Source of the DNA: Flavobacteriales bacterium
GTDB taxonomy: Bacteria; Bacteroidota; Bacteroidia; Flavobacteriales_D; Sanyastnellaceae
Assembly (NCBI GenBank): GCA_965224545.1
Contig: CBDCZM010000004.1
Span: 310,034 to 374,033, forward strand
DNA: 64,000 nucleotides
Reading direction: 5' to 3'
Positions 27,206-37,086 of this stretch are shown in pieces. The number at the start of each line of letters is the position of its first letter. Within the stretch, counting starts at the first letter, position 1. The position numbers were made by a program, and so were the translations under genes. The notes under the pieces are model-generated. The model was not told where the DNA came from and did no database searches. It saw nothing but the letters and a program-made list of their open reading frames with translations.

Positions 27206-28621
27206 ATGAAAACGCTCATTTTTCTCAGTCTCATTTTGTTTTCTACTCAAGTGTGGTCTCAAATAGTAGAAGAGATAGAGTTAACTCCTGGATCTTCAAT
27301 TATAGATGAAGATGACCAACGGTTAATCAATGATTGGCTCCCAGAGGAGTTCAGATATAAGGCAGAGTTAATATACCTGGCCAAACCAGAAAGCGGTTTT
27401 TTAGCTTCTGATTTCCATAACAGTTGTGATGGGAGTTCTAATACATTAATAGTAGGTCGGACTTTACAAGGTAATATTTTTGGAGGATACAATTCAGGAG
27501 TATGGTCCTCAAATGGTTCGACTCAAATGAATTTAGACGAAAATTTCTTGTTTTCTGTTGATTTACAGGAAATTTATAGGGCTGAATCTGATGTCGAACA
27601 TATTACAAATGCACCTAACGCAGGACCGTTTTTTGGAAGTACGTCAAGTCCAGATTTAAGATTTTTTAGTGACAATGGATTCTTGGTTGGCGTTGTAAAT
27701 TTGCTAGGAGAGGCGTATCACTGTCCTAAAAATAGTGATGCAGAATGTTACTGTCGTATGAATGAGGGTATTTGTGATAATATACCAAATGTTACTGGTA
27801 GAATCAGTTGTACTTCATACGAGGTATGGCAGCTAAAAGATTGCGGAACTAAATCCTTTTCAGTAGGAATTGATTACGATGAAGATGGAGTTTTTGATAC
27901 TTTTTCAAATTGCTACGATCAAACACCACCTATGTTTCCAGGTTCTAAAATAGTAGATTCTAGTAAGGACGCTTTACTAGCATCATGGGTGCCTGAAGAA
28001 TTTTTATATGAATCTGATCTCCTTTTCGAATCAACTGAATCTGTTATTTCTCTTCAAACATTCTTGAATAATGTCGCTGGCTTTTATGATACTGTTATTC
28101 TTATAGAAACCGAGTTAGGTGAAGTCATAGGGGGGTATAACGAAGGGTTTTGGACTGGGGCTAGTAATGTAGAAACAGGGTTGTTAGGTAATTTTATCTT
28201 CAATCTATCCGATAAAAGATTACATCAAGCCCTACCAGGAGGCGATCACACTATTACTGGCAGTGTCATAAGATTTGGTGAAGAAGATCTTTATATCAAT
28301 TTAGGATCTGATGAGCATTTCACGAAACTCTCCGACTACTCAGAGACCTCTACCAGTCCTGAGAATTCAAATTCTTATTTGTACCTATGTGAGAATAGTT
28401 TCTTTGAAATAGAGAGGATAGAGGTTTGGAAGCTCAAAGAATCAGGTACTTCAATTTTTCTTCCCTCAGACGCTGACGGAAATGGCATTTGTGATCACTT
28501 GGATCCCAACAAGTTCTTTACCTCAGGTTCTGCATGTCCTGGTGATTTTGATGGTGACAATTTTATTTCTGTAACTGATTTAACAGGCTTCTTAAGCGTA
28601 TTTGGAGGGAGTTGTAATTAG
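27206..28621 (+). CDS. Secreted protein with two TLDc-like domains and a C-terminal dockerin-like Ca-binding motif
   Basis: Signal peptide. Two repeats of W(L/V)PEEF...FHNSCDG...TL...G.IFGGYN..W. C-terminus GDFDGDNFISVTDLTGFLSVFGG resembles a dockerin/EF-hand repeat. Confidence 0.45.
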   Translation: MKTLIFLSLILFSTQVWSQIVEEIELTPGSSIIDEDDQRLINDWLPEEFRYKAELIYLAKPESGFLASDFHNSCDGSSNTLIVGRTLQGNIFGGYNSGVWSSNGSTQMNLDENFLFSVDLQEIYRAESDVEHITNAPNAGPFFGSTSSPDLRFFSDNGFLVGVVNLLGEAYHCPKNSDAECYCRMNEGICDNIPNVTGRISCTSYEVWQLKDCGTKSFSVGIDYDEDGVFDTFSNCYDQTPPMFPGSKIVDSSKDALLASWVPEEFLYESDLLFESTESVISLQTFLNNVAGFYDTVILIETELGEVIGGYNEGFWTGASNVETGLLGNFIFNLSDKRLHQALPGGDHTITGSVIRFGEEDLYINLGSDEHFTKLSDYSETSTSPENSNSYLYLCENSFFEIERIEVWKLKESGTSIFLPSDADGNGICDHLDPNKFFTSGSACPGDFDGDNFISVTDLTGFLSVFGGSCN

Positions 28622-28965
28622 AGCTTATCTAATTATTGATATTAGACTCTCTCTCTGTGACAACTAGAGTTAATTGTTTCCCTCAACTTCTTCAAACTGG
28701 ACTTGCTACATTAGTTAGGACAAAAAAGTTAAGTCTCTAGAATTAAGATTGGTAGGGTGAAAAGAAGAATTGTGACAACGAATTTAAATTAATGGCAGTG
28801 GATCCTGTAGAATCCTCTGGGAAGATTATAGGAGAGGTCTAGCAAAAAGAAATAGAGAAACAACAAAAATTGTTTGGATTATTTTGGTCATGAGAATCAA
28901 ATATCGTGTTTATCAGATAAGGTCAATACATTACAAAATTTCATTTTTTATCCAAAATCACCTAT

Positions 28966-29661
28966 CTAACTTAAAACAGACTCAGACTGAAGTATGGAAA
29001 GAACTCTCTCAAACTCAGCAGAGATGCTTGCTTCAATAATTAGTTGCTTCTCAGAAATAGGATGAAAAAACACGAGTTGCTTAGCGTGCAGCATCATCGA
29101 AATCATTTGATAGGTTTCTTTCCATAGCTTGTTCTGCTTGTTACATCCATGTGGCCTGTCTCCGATAATTGGATGAAGGATATGAGCTAGGTGTTTTCTT
29201 ATCTGATGCATTCGCCCCGTTTCTGGCGTCACCTCTACGAAAGAATACCGGCTTGTATTGTGTTTTCCAAAAGGAAGTGGAATTTCAAATTGTTGAAGCA
29301 TTTTATAGTGAGTTACTGCTTCTTGTATATTTCCTTTTTCTGACTTCAAAGCATAATCAATTGTATCATGATCAGGAGTGAAACCTCTTACAATTGACCA
29401 ATAGGTTTTTACAATGCTCTTTTCCCGAAACAATTCTGATGTCTTTTGATGGGTTTGTTCATCTAATGCAAAAAGAAGTACCCCACTTGTTTTCCGATCC
29501 AGTCTATGACAAGGATAAACACGCCTATTTAACTGATTTCTCAAGCATTGCAACGCAAAGTGTTCAGCATCATTTGCGATTTTGCTTCGATGAACAAGTA
29601 GACCATGTGGTTTGTTTACCGCAACCAAAAAATCGTCCTGATAAATTATTTCAAGTTCCAA
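28966..29661 (-). CDS. RluA-family pseudouridine synthase (TruC-like)
   Basis: LLVHRS...RVYPCHRLDRKTSGVLLFA catalytic Asp motif (HRLD); 231 aa. Apparent TTG start. Confidence 0.75.
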   Translation of the reverse strand: MELEIIYQDDFLVAVNKPHGLLVHRSKIANDAEHFALQCLRNQLNRRVYPCHRLDRKTSGVLLFALDEQTHQKTSELFREKSIVKTYWSIVRGFTPDHDTIDYALKSEKGNIQEAVTHYKMLQQFEIPLPFGKHNTSRYSFVEVTPETGRMHQIRKHLAHILHPIIGDRPHGCNKQNKLWKETYQMISMMLHAKQLVFFHPISEKQLIIEASISAEFERVLSILQSESVLS

Positions 29662-29664
29662 CTT

Positions 29665-30459
29665 TTAAGAAGAATGAGTCTCGTGTTGCTCTAACTTTTT
29701 GGCTAGCTTTTTTTGGTATTGTCCCTGTACGACATCTACCAAAATCAATACTACGAGTACAAAATAGAAAGTTGTTTTACTCATAGCTACAATCTCATTT
29801 CCAAAGAGCTCCATATGCGCTTTATGTCCTCCCTCTGTCAATAACATAATACCAACGATAAAGAGAATAAATAAACCAAGCACCTCATACATTCTATTCT
29901 TTTTAAGGAAATTAGAGACTTTGTCAGCCAGCCAGATCATTAGAATTCCCCCTATAACTATGGCCGTCGCCATAAGCCAAAATTGATAAGTTCCATCTTC
30001 GTTTTTAGCTAATGCCATAGCACTTAATATGGAGTCAAAGGAGAATACCAAGTTCATAAGTACAATCATGGTAATGATCTTTCCAGTGGAAGTTTTGGAT
30101 GAATTTGCTTGTTCATTGTGTCCATCCAAACTCATCATGTGCCAAATCTCTTTAGTAGCAGTATAGATAATGAATGCACCTCCGACAAGTGTGATCAAAC
30201 TGTCCAAATTAAATTGGCCACTAATGACACTATTGTGTGGCGAAAACCATGGAGCTTCGAAATAACTCATTAACTCCACTAAAACAAAAAGGAGAATAAT
30301 CCGCATTATCACCGCTAGTCCAATACCAACTTTACGCACATATGACTGCTTATCCTCAGGAGCTCTCTTAGATTCTAAGGAGATATAAAGTAAGTTATCA
30401 AACCCAAGCACTGCCTGAAGCAAGACTAGCATTAGGAGTGTAAATAGTGATTCTAGCAT
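29665..30459 (-). CDS. TerC-family integral membrane protein
   Basis: FDNLLYISLES...KVGIGLAVIMRIILLF TerC hallmark; multiple TM segments. First ATG at 30459 chosen; the track ORF starts at a TTG at 30480. Confidence 0.7.
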   Translation of the reverse strand: MLESLFTLLMLVLLQAVLGFDNLLYISLESKRAPEDKQSYVRKVGIGLAVIMRIILLFVLVELMSYFEAPWFSPHNSVISGQFNLDSLITLVGGAFIIYTATKEIWHMMSLDGHNEQANSSKTSTGKIITMIVLMNLVFSFDSILSAMALAKNEDGTYQFWLMATAIVIGGILMIWLADKVSNFLKKNRMYEVLGLFILFIVGIMLLTEGGHKAHMELFGNEIVAMSKTTFYFVLVVLILVDVVQGQYQKKLAKKLEQHETHSS

Positions 30460-30691
30460 AGTTCTAAATTTTGAGGACAATGTTACAAAAATTGATATGT
30501 CCGAGATAGGCTTTAGATTAAATTTTAGTGAATTTCCATTATAAGTTGGGTAAAAAGCAAATAGATGCTAAAAATTTAATGGCGTCTAAGATTCTGGTTA
30601 ACTTAGCGATGCTTAATCAATATTGAGCAGCTATCACTACAAGAACAGCCTCTCACAGATTGATTTTTTTTTAACCAAATTAATTTTTTTA

Positions 30692-31273
30692 ATGGGAGAT
30701 ATTTTTAGTGGATTGTCATCATATGAAACCGCCTTTTGGGTTTTTGCTATTCTAGGTTCAATTCTTTTTCTGATTATTTTGATATCCACCTTTATAGGAA
30801 TGGGGATTGATGTGGATATGGACGCTGACGGAACTGACTTTGATGCCGATGATGGTGGAGTTGGATTTCAGTTCTTCACTTTTAAAAATATGGTGGCCTT
30901 TTTCACAATCTTTGGTTGGACTGGGCTCATTTGCTTGGATGCGGGATTTTCAAATGTATTGTCATTGGTGGTAGCCACTATAGCCGGCTTAGTGATGATG
31001 GCCTTAACATCATTATTGTTCCTTTGGATGAGTAAACTTGCTGAATCAGGAACTCTAAGAATAACAAACGCTATTGGCGAGATCGGAGAGGTTTATCTTC
31101 CAATAGCTGCTAAAAGAGAAGGGGTGGGTAAAGTACAAATTAAGGTTCAGGGAAGTCTTAGAGAGCTAGAAGCCATTACTGATTCGGACTATTCTTTGAA
31201 AACTGGAACAATTATAAAAGTCCTAGAAGTAATTAGCTCTGAACTATTATTAGTCGAAAAACTATCAAATTAA
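30692..31273 (+). CDS. NfeD-like membrane protein (short form), partner of flotillin
   Basis: Two or three N-terminal TM segments then an OB-fold-like C-terminus (GTLRITNAIGEIGEVYLPIAAKREGVGKVQIKVQGSLRELEAI). Directly upstream of the SPFH gene. The track ORF begins at a TTG at 30623. Confidence 0.65.
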   Translation: MGDIFSGLSSYETAFWVFAILGSILFLIILISTFIGMGIDVDMDADGTDFDADDGGVGFQFFTFKNMVAFFTIFGWTGLICLDAGFSNVLSLVVATIAGLVMMALTSLLFLWMSKLAESGTLRITNAIGEIGEVYLPIAAKREGVGKVQIKVQGSLRELEAITDSDYSLKTGTIIKVLEVISSELLLVEKLSN

Positions 31274-31286
31274 ACTTTAAATATAA

Positions 31287-32714
31287 ATGAATACTACATT
31301 ATTACTTAGATTACCTGAAGCGTCAGGAATCTTTCTTGTCGCTACCGTTGTCATCATTCTTTTTGTCTTTCTATTCTCTATGTTTAGAAGATATAAAAGA
31401 TGCCCATCAGATAAAATTTTAGTTGTTTATGGAAAAACTGGTGGAGAAAAATCTGCTAAATGTGTACATGGTGGGGCCTCATTTATTTGGCCAATTATTC
31501 AAGACTATTCGTTTCTCGATTTAACTCCGATCTCAATAGAGGTGAATTTAACCAAAGCTCTGAGTAAGCAAAACATTCGTGTGAATGTACCTTCTCGTTT
31601 TACGATTGGAATTTCTACTGAGCCTTCTATAATGCAAAATGCTGCTGAAAGACTCTTGGGCCTTTCAGCAGGGGCAGTTCAGGAGCTGGCTCAAGAAATA
31701 ATTTTTGGTCAGTTAAGACTTGTTGTGGCCTCTATGGATATAGAAGAGATCAATACGGACAGAGATAAATTTCTATCTCATATTACAGCAAATGTGGAGG
31801 CTGAATTGAAAAAAGTTGGTTTAAAGCTTATAAACGTAAACATCACAGATATTCATGATGAATCAGGTTATATAGAAGCTTTGGGGAAAGAAGCTGCTGC
31901 GAAGGCAATTAACGATGCTATTATATCTGTTGCTCAAATGGATAGGGATGGAGCGATAGGTCAAGCAAACGCAGTTCAAGATCAGAGAATTCAAGTAGCT
32001 GCCGCTAATGCTAAAGCTGTTGATGGAGAAAACACAGCCAAAGTGAAAGTTGCAAATTCAAACGCGGATAGAAGGGCTAGAGAAGCAGAAGCTGAAAAGA
32101 TAGCATCTGCGAGTGAAAAGGTACAAGCTGCTAAGGCTTTGGAAGAGGCTTACGCGGCAGAAAAAGAAGCTGAAGAAGCCAGAGCCAGCAGAAAGGAAGC
32201 AGAGCAAGGTGCTGATATTATTGTTCCAGCAGAAATAGATAAGAGAAAAATAGAAATTGACGCCGAGGCTTCCGCGGAGCAAATAAGAAGAATAGCCAAG
32301 GGGCAAGCGGATGCGATATTTATGAAGAAAGAGGCAGAAGCAAAAGGACTTTATGAAATATTGACGAAGCAAGCAGAAGGGCTAGATCGCATCGTAAAAG
32401 CAGCAGGAAATAACTCGAAAGATGCAGTGTTACTATTAGTGGCTGATAAACTTCCTGAATTAGTCAAAACTCAGGCAGAGGCAATTAAAAATATCAAAAT
32501 CGATAAAATCACTGTTTGGGAAAACGGAGGAAATGAAAATGGCAAATCTTCAACTTCCAACTTTATCTCCGGGATGTATAAGGCAGTTCCGCCTCTTCAG
32601 GAAATGTTTGATATGGCTGGAATGCAGTTGCCGAATTATCTCAAAGGGGAAGAGGTGAAAGAATCACCATCCGAGACTAAAGATGATAGTATAGAAGAAG
32701 GTACAGAGGAATAG
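31287..32714 (+). CDS. Flotillin-like SPFH/band-7 protein (FloT/YuaG-like)
   Basis: N-terminal TM, SPFH domain, long Ala/Glu/Lys-rich coiled-coil (flotillin repeats AEAEKIASASEKVQAAKALEEAYAAEKEAEEA...); 475 aa. Confidence 0.8.
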   Translation: MNTTLLLRLPEASGIFLVATVVIILFVFLFSMFRRYKRCPSDKILVVYGKTGGEKSAKCVHGGASFIWPIIQDYSFLDLTPISIEVNLTKALSKQNIRVNVPSRFTIGISTEPSIMQNAAERLLGLSAGAVQELAQEIIFGQLRLVVASMDIEEINTDRDKFLSHITANVEAELKKVGLKLINVNITDIHDESGYIEALGKEAAAKAINDAIISVAQMDRDGAIGQANAVQDQRIQVAAANAKAVDGENTAKVKVANSNADRRAREAEAEKIASASEKVQAAKALEEAYAAEKEAEEARASRKEAEQGADIIVPAEIDKRKIEIDAEASAEQIRRIAKGQADAIFMKKEAEAKGLYEILTKQAEGLDRIVKAAGNNSKDAVLLLVADKLPELVKTQAEAIKNIKIDKITVWENGGNENGKSSTSNFISGMYKAVPPLQEMFDMAGMQLPNYLKGEEVKESPSETKDDSIEEGTEE

Positions 32715-32901
32715 AGCCTTGTAATGCTTAGGAAATGGAAGTTTTAGGTTCAAGTTTATGTAGGGAAAATGTCTTTAAACTTTGGACTTGAAACTTAAAC
32801 TTGATAAGTTATAAAAGATGCAATTGGCAATTTATCTATAATTGAAATTAATTCTACTTTCTGAATGTGTGAAAACTCTACTTTTGCAGAAAATTAAAAT
32901 A

Positions 32902-33333
32902 ATGACGGCAGAAATACACACTGATAAAGGGTTGATGAAATTGGAGTTCTATGAAAAAGATGCTCCTATTACTGTAAAGAATTTTACAGATTTAAGTAAA
33001 AAGGGATTTTATGATGGGCTTACTTTTCACAGAGTTCTGCCAGATTTTGTAATCCAAGGAGGATGTCCTCAAGGAACTGGAGTAGGAGGCCCTGGATATC
33101 AAATTGATTGTGAATTAGACGGAGAAAATCAGCACCATGATACTGGAGTTTTAAGCATGGCTCACGCAGGAAGAAATACTGGGGGTTCACAATTTTTCAT
33201 TTGTCACAGCAGAAACAATACATCTCATCTTGATGGAAACCATACCTGTTTTGGCAAAGTAGTAGAAGGAATGGATATAATCAATGACATCCAAGAAGGG
33301 GATAAGATTGAAAAGATAGTTGTGATAGATTAA
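32902..33333 (+). CDS. ppiB: Cyclophilin-type peptidyl-prolyl cis-trans isomerase
   Basis: [24 protein letters not shown]...[19 protein letters not shown]. First ATG at 32902; the track start at 32842 is a TTG. Confidence 0.85.
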   Translation: MTAEIHTDKGLMKLEFYEKDAPITVKNFTDLSKKGFYDGLTFHRVLPDFVIQGGCPQGTGVGGPGYQIDCELDGENQHHDTGVLSMAHAGRNTGGSQFFICHSRNNTSHLDGNHTCFGKVVEGMDIINDIQEGDKIEKIVVID

Positions 33334-33381
33334 GAATAAGGCGATATACAAATCGCTTGATACAACTCATTAAAAAAATAA

Positions 33382-33411
33382 AGCCTCTCATTAAAATATT
33401 AATGAGAGGCT
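33382..33411. terminator. Bidirectional hairpin between convergent ppiB and qor
   Basis: 13-bp perfect stem agcctctcattaa/ttaatgagaggct with 4-nt loop aata, A-run upstream and T-run downstream. Confidence 0.6.
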
Positions 33412-33629
33412 TTTCATGTTAAGTACAGGTGTTTTTCTTAGAAATAGATTATTAACCTAATAGAACCAAACCATTTCTCGTTAAAACCAAGGCAAACTGA
33501 CTTTTCTCTTTTTATATAAAATAATAATATGTTTCTCTCTTTACACTTATTAGATACAGCGCTAAAAATGAGTGGTTGCACAAAAAAAAATCTTTTTTTC
33601 AATAAGAGTCCTAATGCGCTGTAATTCAG

Positions 33630-34604
33630 CTAGATAATTATTGAAATTTTTCCTTGAACCTTTCTATTGATAATGTCGTTGAAAGCGTTTTTAGCTTCGA
33701 TGAAAGGATATTTTTTATAAATAAGCGGTTTTAGCAGACCTTGATTATACCACTCTAGGAGTTGTTCTGTATTTCTTCGATGTTGATGTGGGAATTTTTT
33801 ACAAAAAGTACTGAAAAACACGCCGACCAGAGATGCACCTTTGAGAAGAGGAATATTTAATGGTACTGTAGCAATTTTTCCTGAAGCGAATCCAACAATT
33901 AGGTGTCTACCATTCCATGACAGTGCTCTAAAGGCAGGATTGGAGTATGTGCCTCCAATCATATCGCATATCACATCGACTCCGTTGCCTGAAGTAATTT
34001 CTTTTAATCTATGTTTTAAATCTTCTCCTGAATAGTTGATACAGTGATGAGCACCTTGATTTTTAGAGAATTTCATTTTATCCTCTGATCCCACACAAGC
34101 AATGATTTCGGCACCCACTATTTTTCCAATTTGAACAGCCGCACTTCCCACGCCTCCTGAAGCTCCTAGGATAGCCAGTTTTTCTCCTTTCTGAAGATTT
34201 CCTCTATCCATTAGTGCATGGTAGGCCGTACCATAAGTAATGAGAAACACAGAAGCATCTTCAAAACTCATACTGTCTGGTATTTTATGAGTGTTCTCTT
34301 CTGTAGAACAAGCGTATTCCTGAAGAGCTCCTTGCATCACATCTACCATCACTCTATCTCCAACTTTAAGCTTTGTGATATTACTACCAACTTCTTCAAC
34401 TACTCCGGAATATTCTCGGCAAGGGACGAAGGGAAGAGTCAATCCGTATTGATCTTTTCCATAGATGGTCAACGTATCAGGAAAGTTCAACCCCGCAGAC
34501 ATTAACTTCACTAAAACTTCATTTTCTGTAGGAGATGGCTTTTCAATTTCCTGAAAGGAAAGATTTTCTGGTGGACCATAGGAGGAGCAAACAAGAGCTT
34601 TCAT
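33630..34604 (-). CDS. NADPH:quinone oxidoreductase / zinc-type alcohol dehydrogenase-like (MDR superfamily)
   Basis: GxGxxG Rossmann motif LAILGASGGVGSAAVQI; MDR fold; 324 aa. Confidence 0.75.
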   Translation of the reverse strand: MKALVCSSYGPPENLSFQEIEKPSPTENEVLVKLMSAGLNFPDTLTIYGKDQYGLTLPFVPCREYSGVVEEVGSNITKLKVGDRVMVDVMQGALQEYACSTEENTHKIPDSMSFEDASVFLITYGTAYHALMDRGNLQKGEKLAILGASGGVGSAAVQIGKIVGAEIIACVGSEDKMKFSKNQGAHHCINYSGEDLKHRLKEITSGNGVDVICDMIGGTYSNPAFRALSWNGRHLIVGFASGKIATVPLNIPLLKGASLVGVFFSTFCKKFPHQHRRNTEQLLEWYNQGLLKPLIYKKYPFIEAKNAFNDIINRKVQGKISIII

Positions 34605-35130
34605 TCAAGCAAATGTAGAATTTTAATATGGTTAAGTATGAAGACGTTCTTGAATATTCTTTAAAGCAGGGAGATGGTTTTATATTGATAATACTTCCCG
34701 GTTTCTTTATGATATTTAAATACATGAGCGGCATACTTGTGAATTTCGAACATGACTGTTATTAGGAAGATAACCTAGGTGCTTGCTGATGTATTCTTCG
34801 AATAGTACTTCACCAATGTAGCAAATGAAATTTTCGATCACCCCTTAAGATCAGAGGAGAGAACAGTTCATTTACGATGAAAACCCTAAGAAGGGGAAAT
34901 GATCTTTTCAAGTATCATTCCTGTATCATACATGTAAAAAGTTGTATCAGCTTTTACATAGCTTGTGGCCGTGTCGATTCAACTTATGGAAAGATCTTCT
35001 TCTGATTCTTCTTGGTAGCCGATACTATAATTTGAGGAGGTGAAGATCATTCTATTTTAAACGTAGGTATATCAACGTAAAATTATTTAATTTGTCTTCC
35101 AGTTAAACCTATTCCAATATTTGATATCAA

Positions 35131-36642
35131 ATGATAGTGATCAGAATCTTAATTTTATTTTTGTCTTTTGTCTCTCTAACAGTTTCTCATAGTCAGCAAA
35201 ATAATGTCTTGCTTATAATAGCTGATGATTTGGGAGTTGATCCTATTTCAGGTTATATGCCTGAAGCCCTAGAGAAAGCCAATACTCCAGTGATAGATTC
35301 TTTAAGAGAATCGGGAGTTACCTTTACAAAAACTTGGACTAATCCTATTTGTTCACCTACCAGATCCGCCATGATTACTGGTAAATATGGATTCAGAACT
35401 GGAGTGTTAAATGCTGTAGACTTAGCAGAAATAGAAAGTTCAGAACTAACCCTCCATAATCATCTCAATCAAGTTTCTGATGGAGGAATCAGTACCAGCA
35501 TCATAGGGAAATGGCATCTTGGAGGAAATGCCAATTCAGATTATCCATTAACAATGGGAGTGCCTCATTTTGCCGGAATAATGATAGGAGCAGTACCTAG
35601 TTATACTGATTGGGCATTTACAAAAAATGGTTTAGCCGAAGATGTGACAGATTATGCTACTACTAAGATCACTGATGAAGCTGTAAACTGGATAAATCTA
35701 CAGGATCAACCATGGTTCTGCTGGGTAGCATATAATGCTCCTCATACACCTTTCCATTTACCTCCAGCTGACTTGCATACAAGTAATGAATTAGTAGATG
35801 ATCCATCAGAAATAGAAATGAACTCATTACCATATTACCTAGCTATGGTAGAAAGCCTGGATATGGAAATTGGGAGATTGATCTCAGAAATTCCAGCAGA
35901 CGAGCTAGAGAACACCACCATCATTTTCATTGGTGACAATGGAACTACCGGCCAAGTGATTCAAGCTCCATACACGAGTAATAGGGGTAAAGGATCTCTT
36001 TTCCAAGGAGGCATTCATGTACCTTTAGTCGTGTCTGGTAATCAGGTGTCTAGAATAAACGAAATTGATTCATCGCTTATAGTATCTACAGATCTGTTCT
36101 GCACTATTTCGGAATTAGCAGGGTATGAGCTTGAAGAATATGAAGACAGTTTTAGCTTTAAAAATCTTTTTACTGAGGAGAATACGGGCCAGAGAGAGTG
36201 TTCATTCACTGATATACAGAGTGAGCAAAAAGGTTATGGTTGGGCAGCTAGGGATGTAAGGTATAAGTACAGCATTTGGGATTCTGTACCTGAGCGGTTT
36301 TATGACCTTTGGGAAGACCCTTTTGAAATGAATAGCTTGCTAAATGGGATGGGGGATTTATCAGTTGAAGAACAAGAGGCATTTGATAAACTTTCGCAGG
36401 TTAATGAAGCCCTTTCTGTTGAAGAAAAGACTGCTCAATCTTTTCTGTTGTTTCCAAATCCTGTGCAGTCTAAATTGAATGTGGTGAGTCATTTGACCAA
36501 TGAGGTGATCCACATCTATGATTTCTCAGGAAGGCAGGTGTTAAATTCCAAATCAACACCAGAAATCGATGTTTCATTGTTGCAAACGGGAGTTTATTTC
36601 ATACGAATGGGCAATTCAGTTCAACAATTTGTCAAACTGTAA
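35131..36642 (+). CDS. Sulfatase (formylglycine-dependent) with T9SS type-A C-terminal sorting domain
   Basis: LLIIADDLG and CSPTRSAMITGKY (C-x-P-x-R sulfatase signature). C-terminal Por_Secre_tail (FPNPVQSKLNVVSHLTNEVIHIYDFSGRQV...GVYFIRMGNSVQQFVKL). Confidence 0.8.
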   Translation: MIVIRILILFLSFVSLTVSHSQQNNVLLIIADDLGVDPISGYMPEALEKANTPVIDSLRESGVTFTKTWTNPICSPTRSAMITGKYGFRTGVLNAVDLAEIESSELTLHNHLNQVSDGGISTSIIGKWHLGGNANSDYPLTMGVPHFAGIMIGAVPSYTDWAFTKNGLAEDVTDYATTKITDEAVNWINLQDQPWFCWVAYNAPHTPFHLPPADLHTSNELVDDPSEIEMNSLPYYLAMVESLDMEIGRLISEIPADELENTTIIFIGDNGTTGQVIQAPYTSNRGKGSLFQGGIHVPLVVSGNQVSRINEIDSSLIVSTDLFCTISELAGYELEEYEDSFSFKNLFTEENTGQRECSFTDIQSEQKGYGWAARDVRYKYSIWDSVPERFYDLWEDPFEMNSLLNGMGDLSVEEQEAFDKLSQVNEALSVEEKTAQSFLLFPNPVQSKLNVVSHLTNEVIHIYDFSGRQVLNSKSTPEIDVSLLQTGVYFIRMGNSVQQFVKL

Positions 36643-37086
36643 TTACCCTCTGATATTATGTGATTTCTTTTTCTACTTCTGAATCTGCACTTTCTGAGTG
36701 GTGAAGTTTTATTCGGGTCACATTGATTTTTTATCCATTGAAAATAACATTGTTAAGTGGATTTATCTGATAGGTTTAGCGAAAAAAACAACACAATTAT
36801 TTGGTTGCGAACTATTATTAAAGGGTCTAGCATAATCGAAGTTAAGCTGATATAATATAACCTTTGTAATTTAGCGATTATGAACATGGAATGGTATGAA
36901 TTCATCAACTTGTCTTCAGAGATTTGAGGTTGTTATTAAACTAAAACAACTGTTTTCAAAAGCAAAACTTGTTATTTTCTGCATAAAACACTCGAATGTT
37001 AATAAAACAACCTTTTGAAACCGTTGATACCATTGATATTCCTTAAATTTAGGCTCTCTTTTAACGACCCTAATTAAATCGTATTG

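Noticed and set aside
30623-30691. Longer N-terminus (TTG at 30623) for the NfeD-like gene, and TTG or GTG track starts for ppiB (32842), parE (37084), TerC (30480) and the IS1595 transposases (45900, 50519)
   Set aside because: Downstream in-frame ATGs give N-termini matching the expected family starts (signal or TM beginning, [10 protein letters not shown] for cyclophilin, MSEEVKY for ParE). The track appears to accept TTG/GTG as starts, so the shorter ATG-initiated models were preferred.
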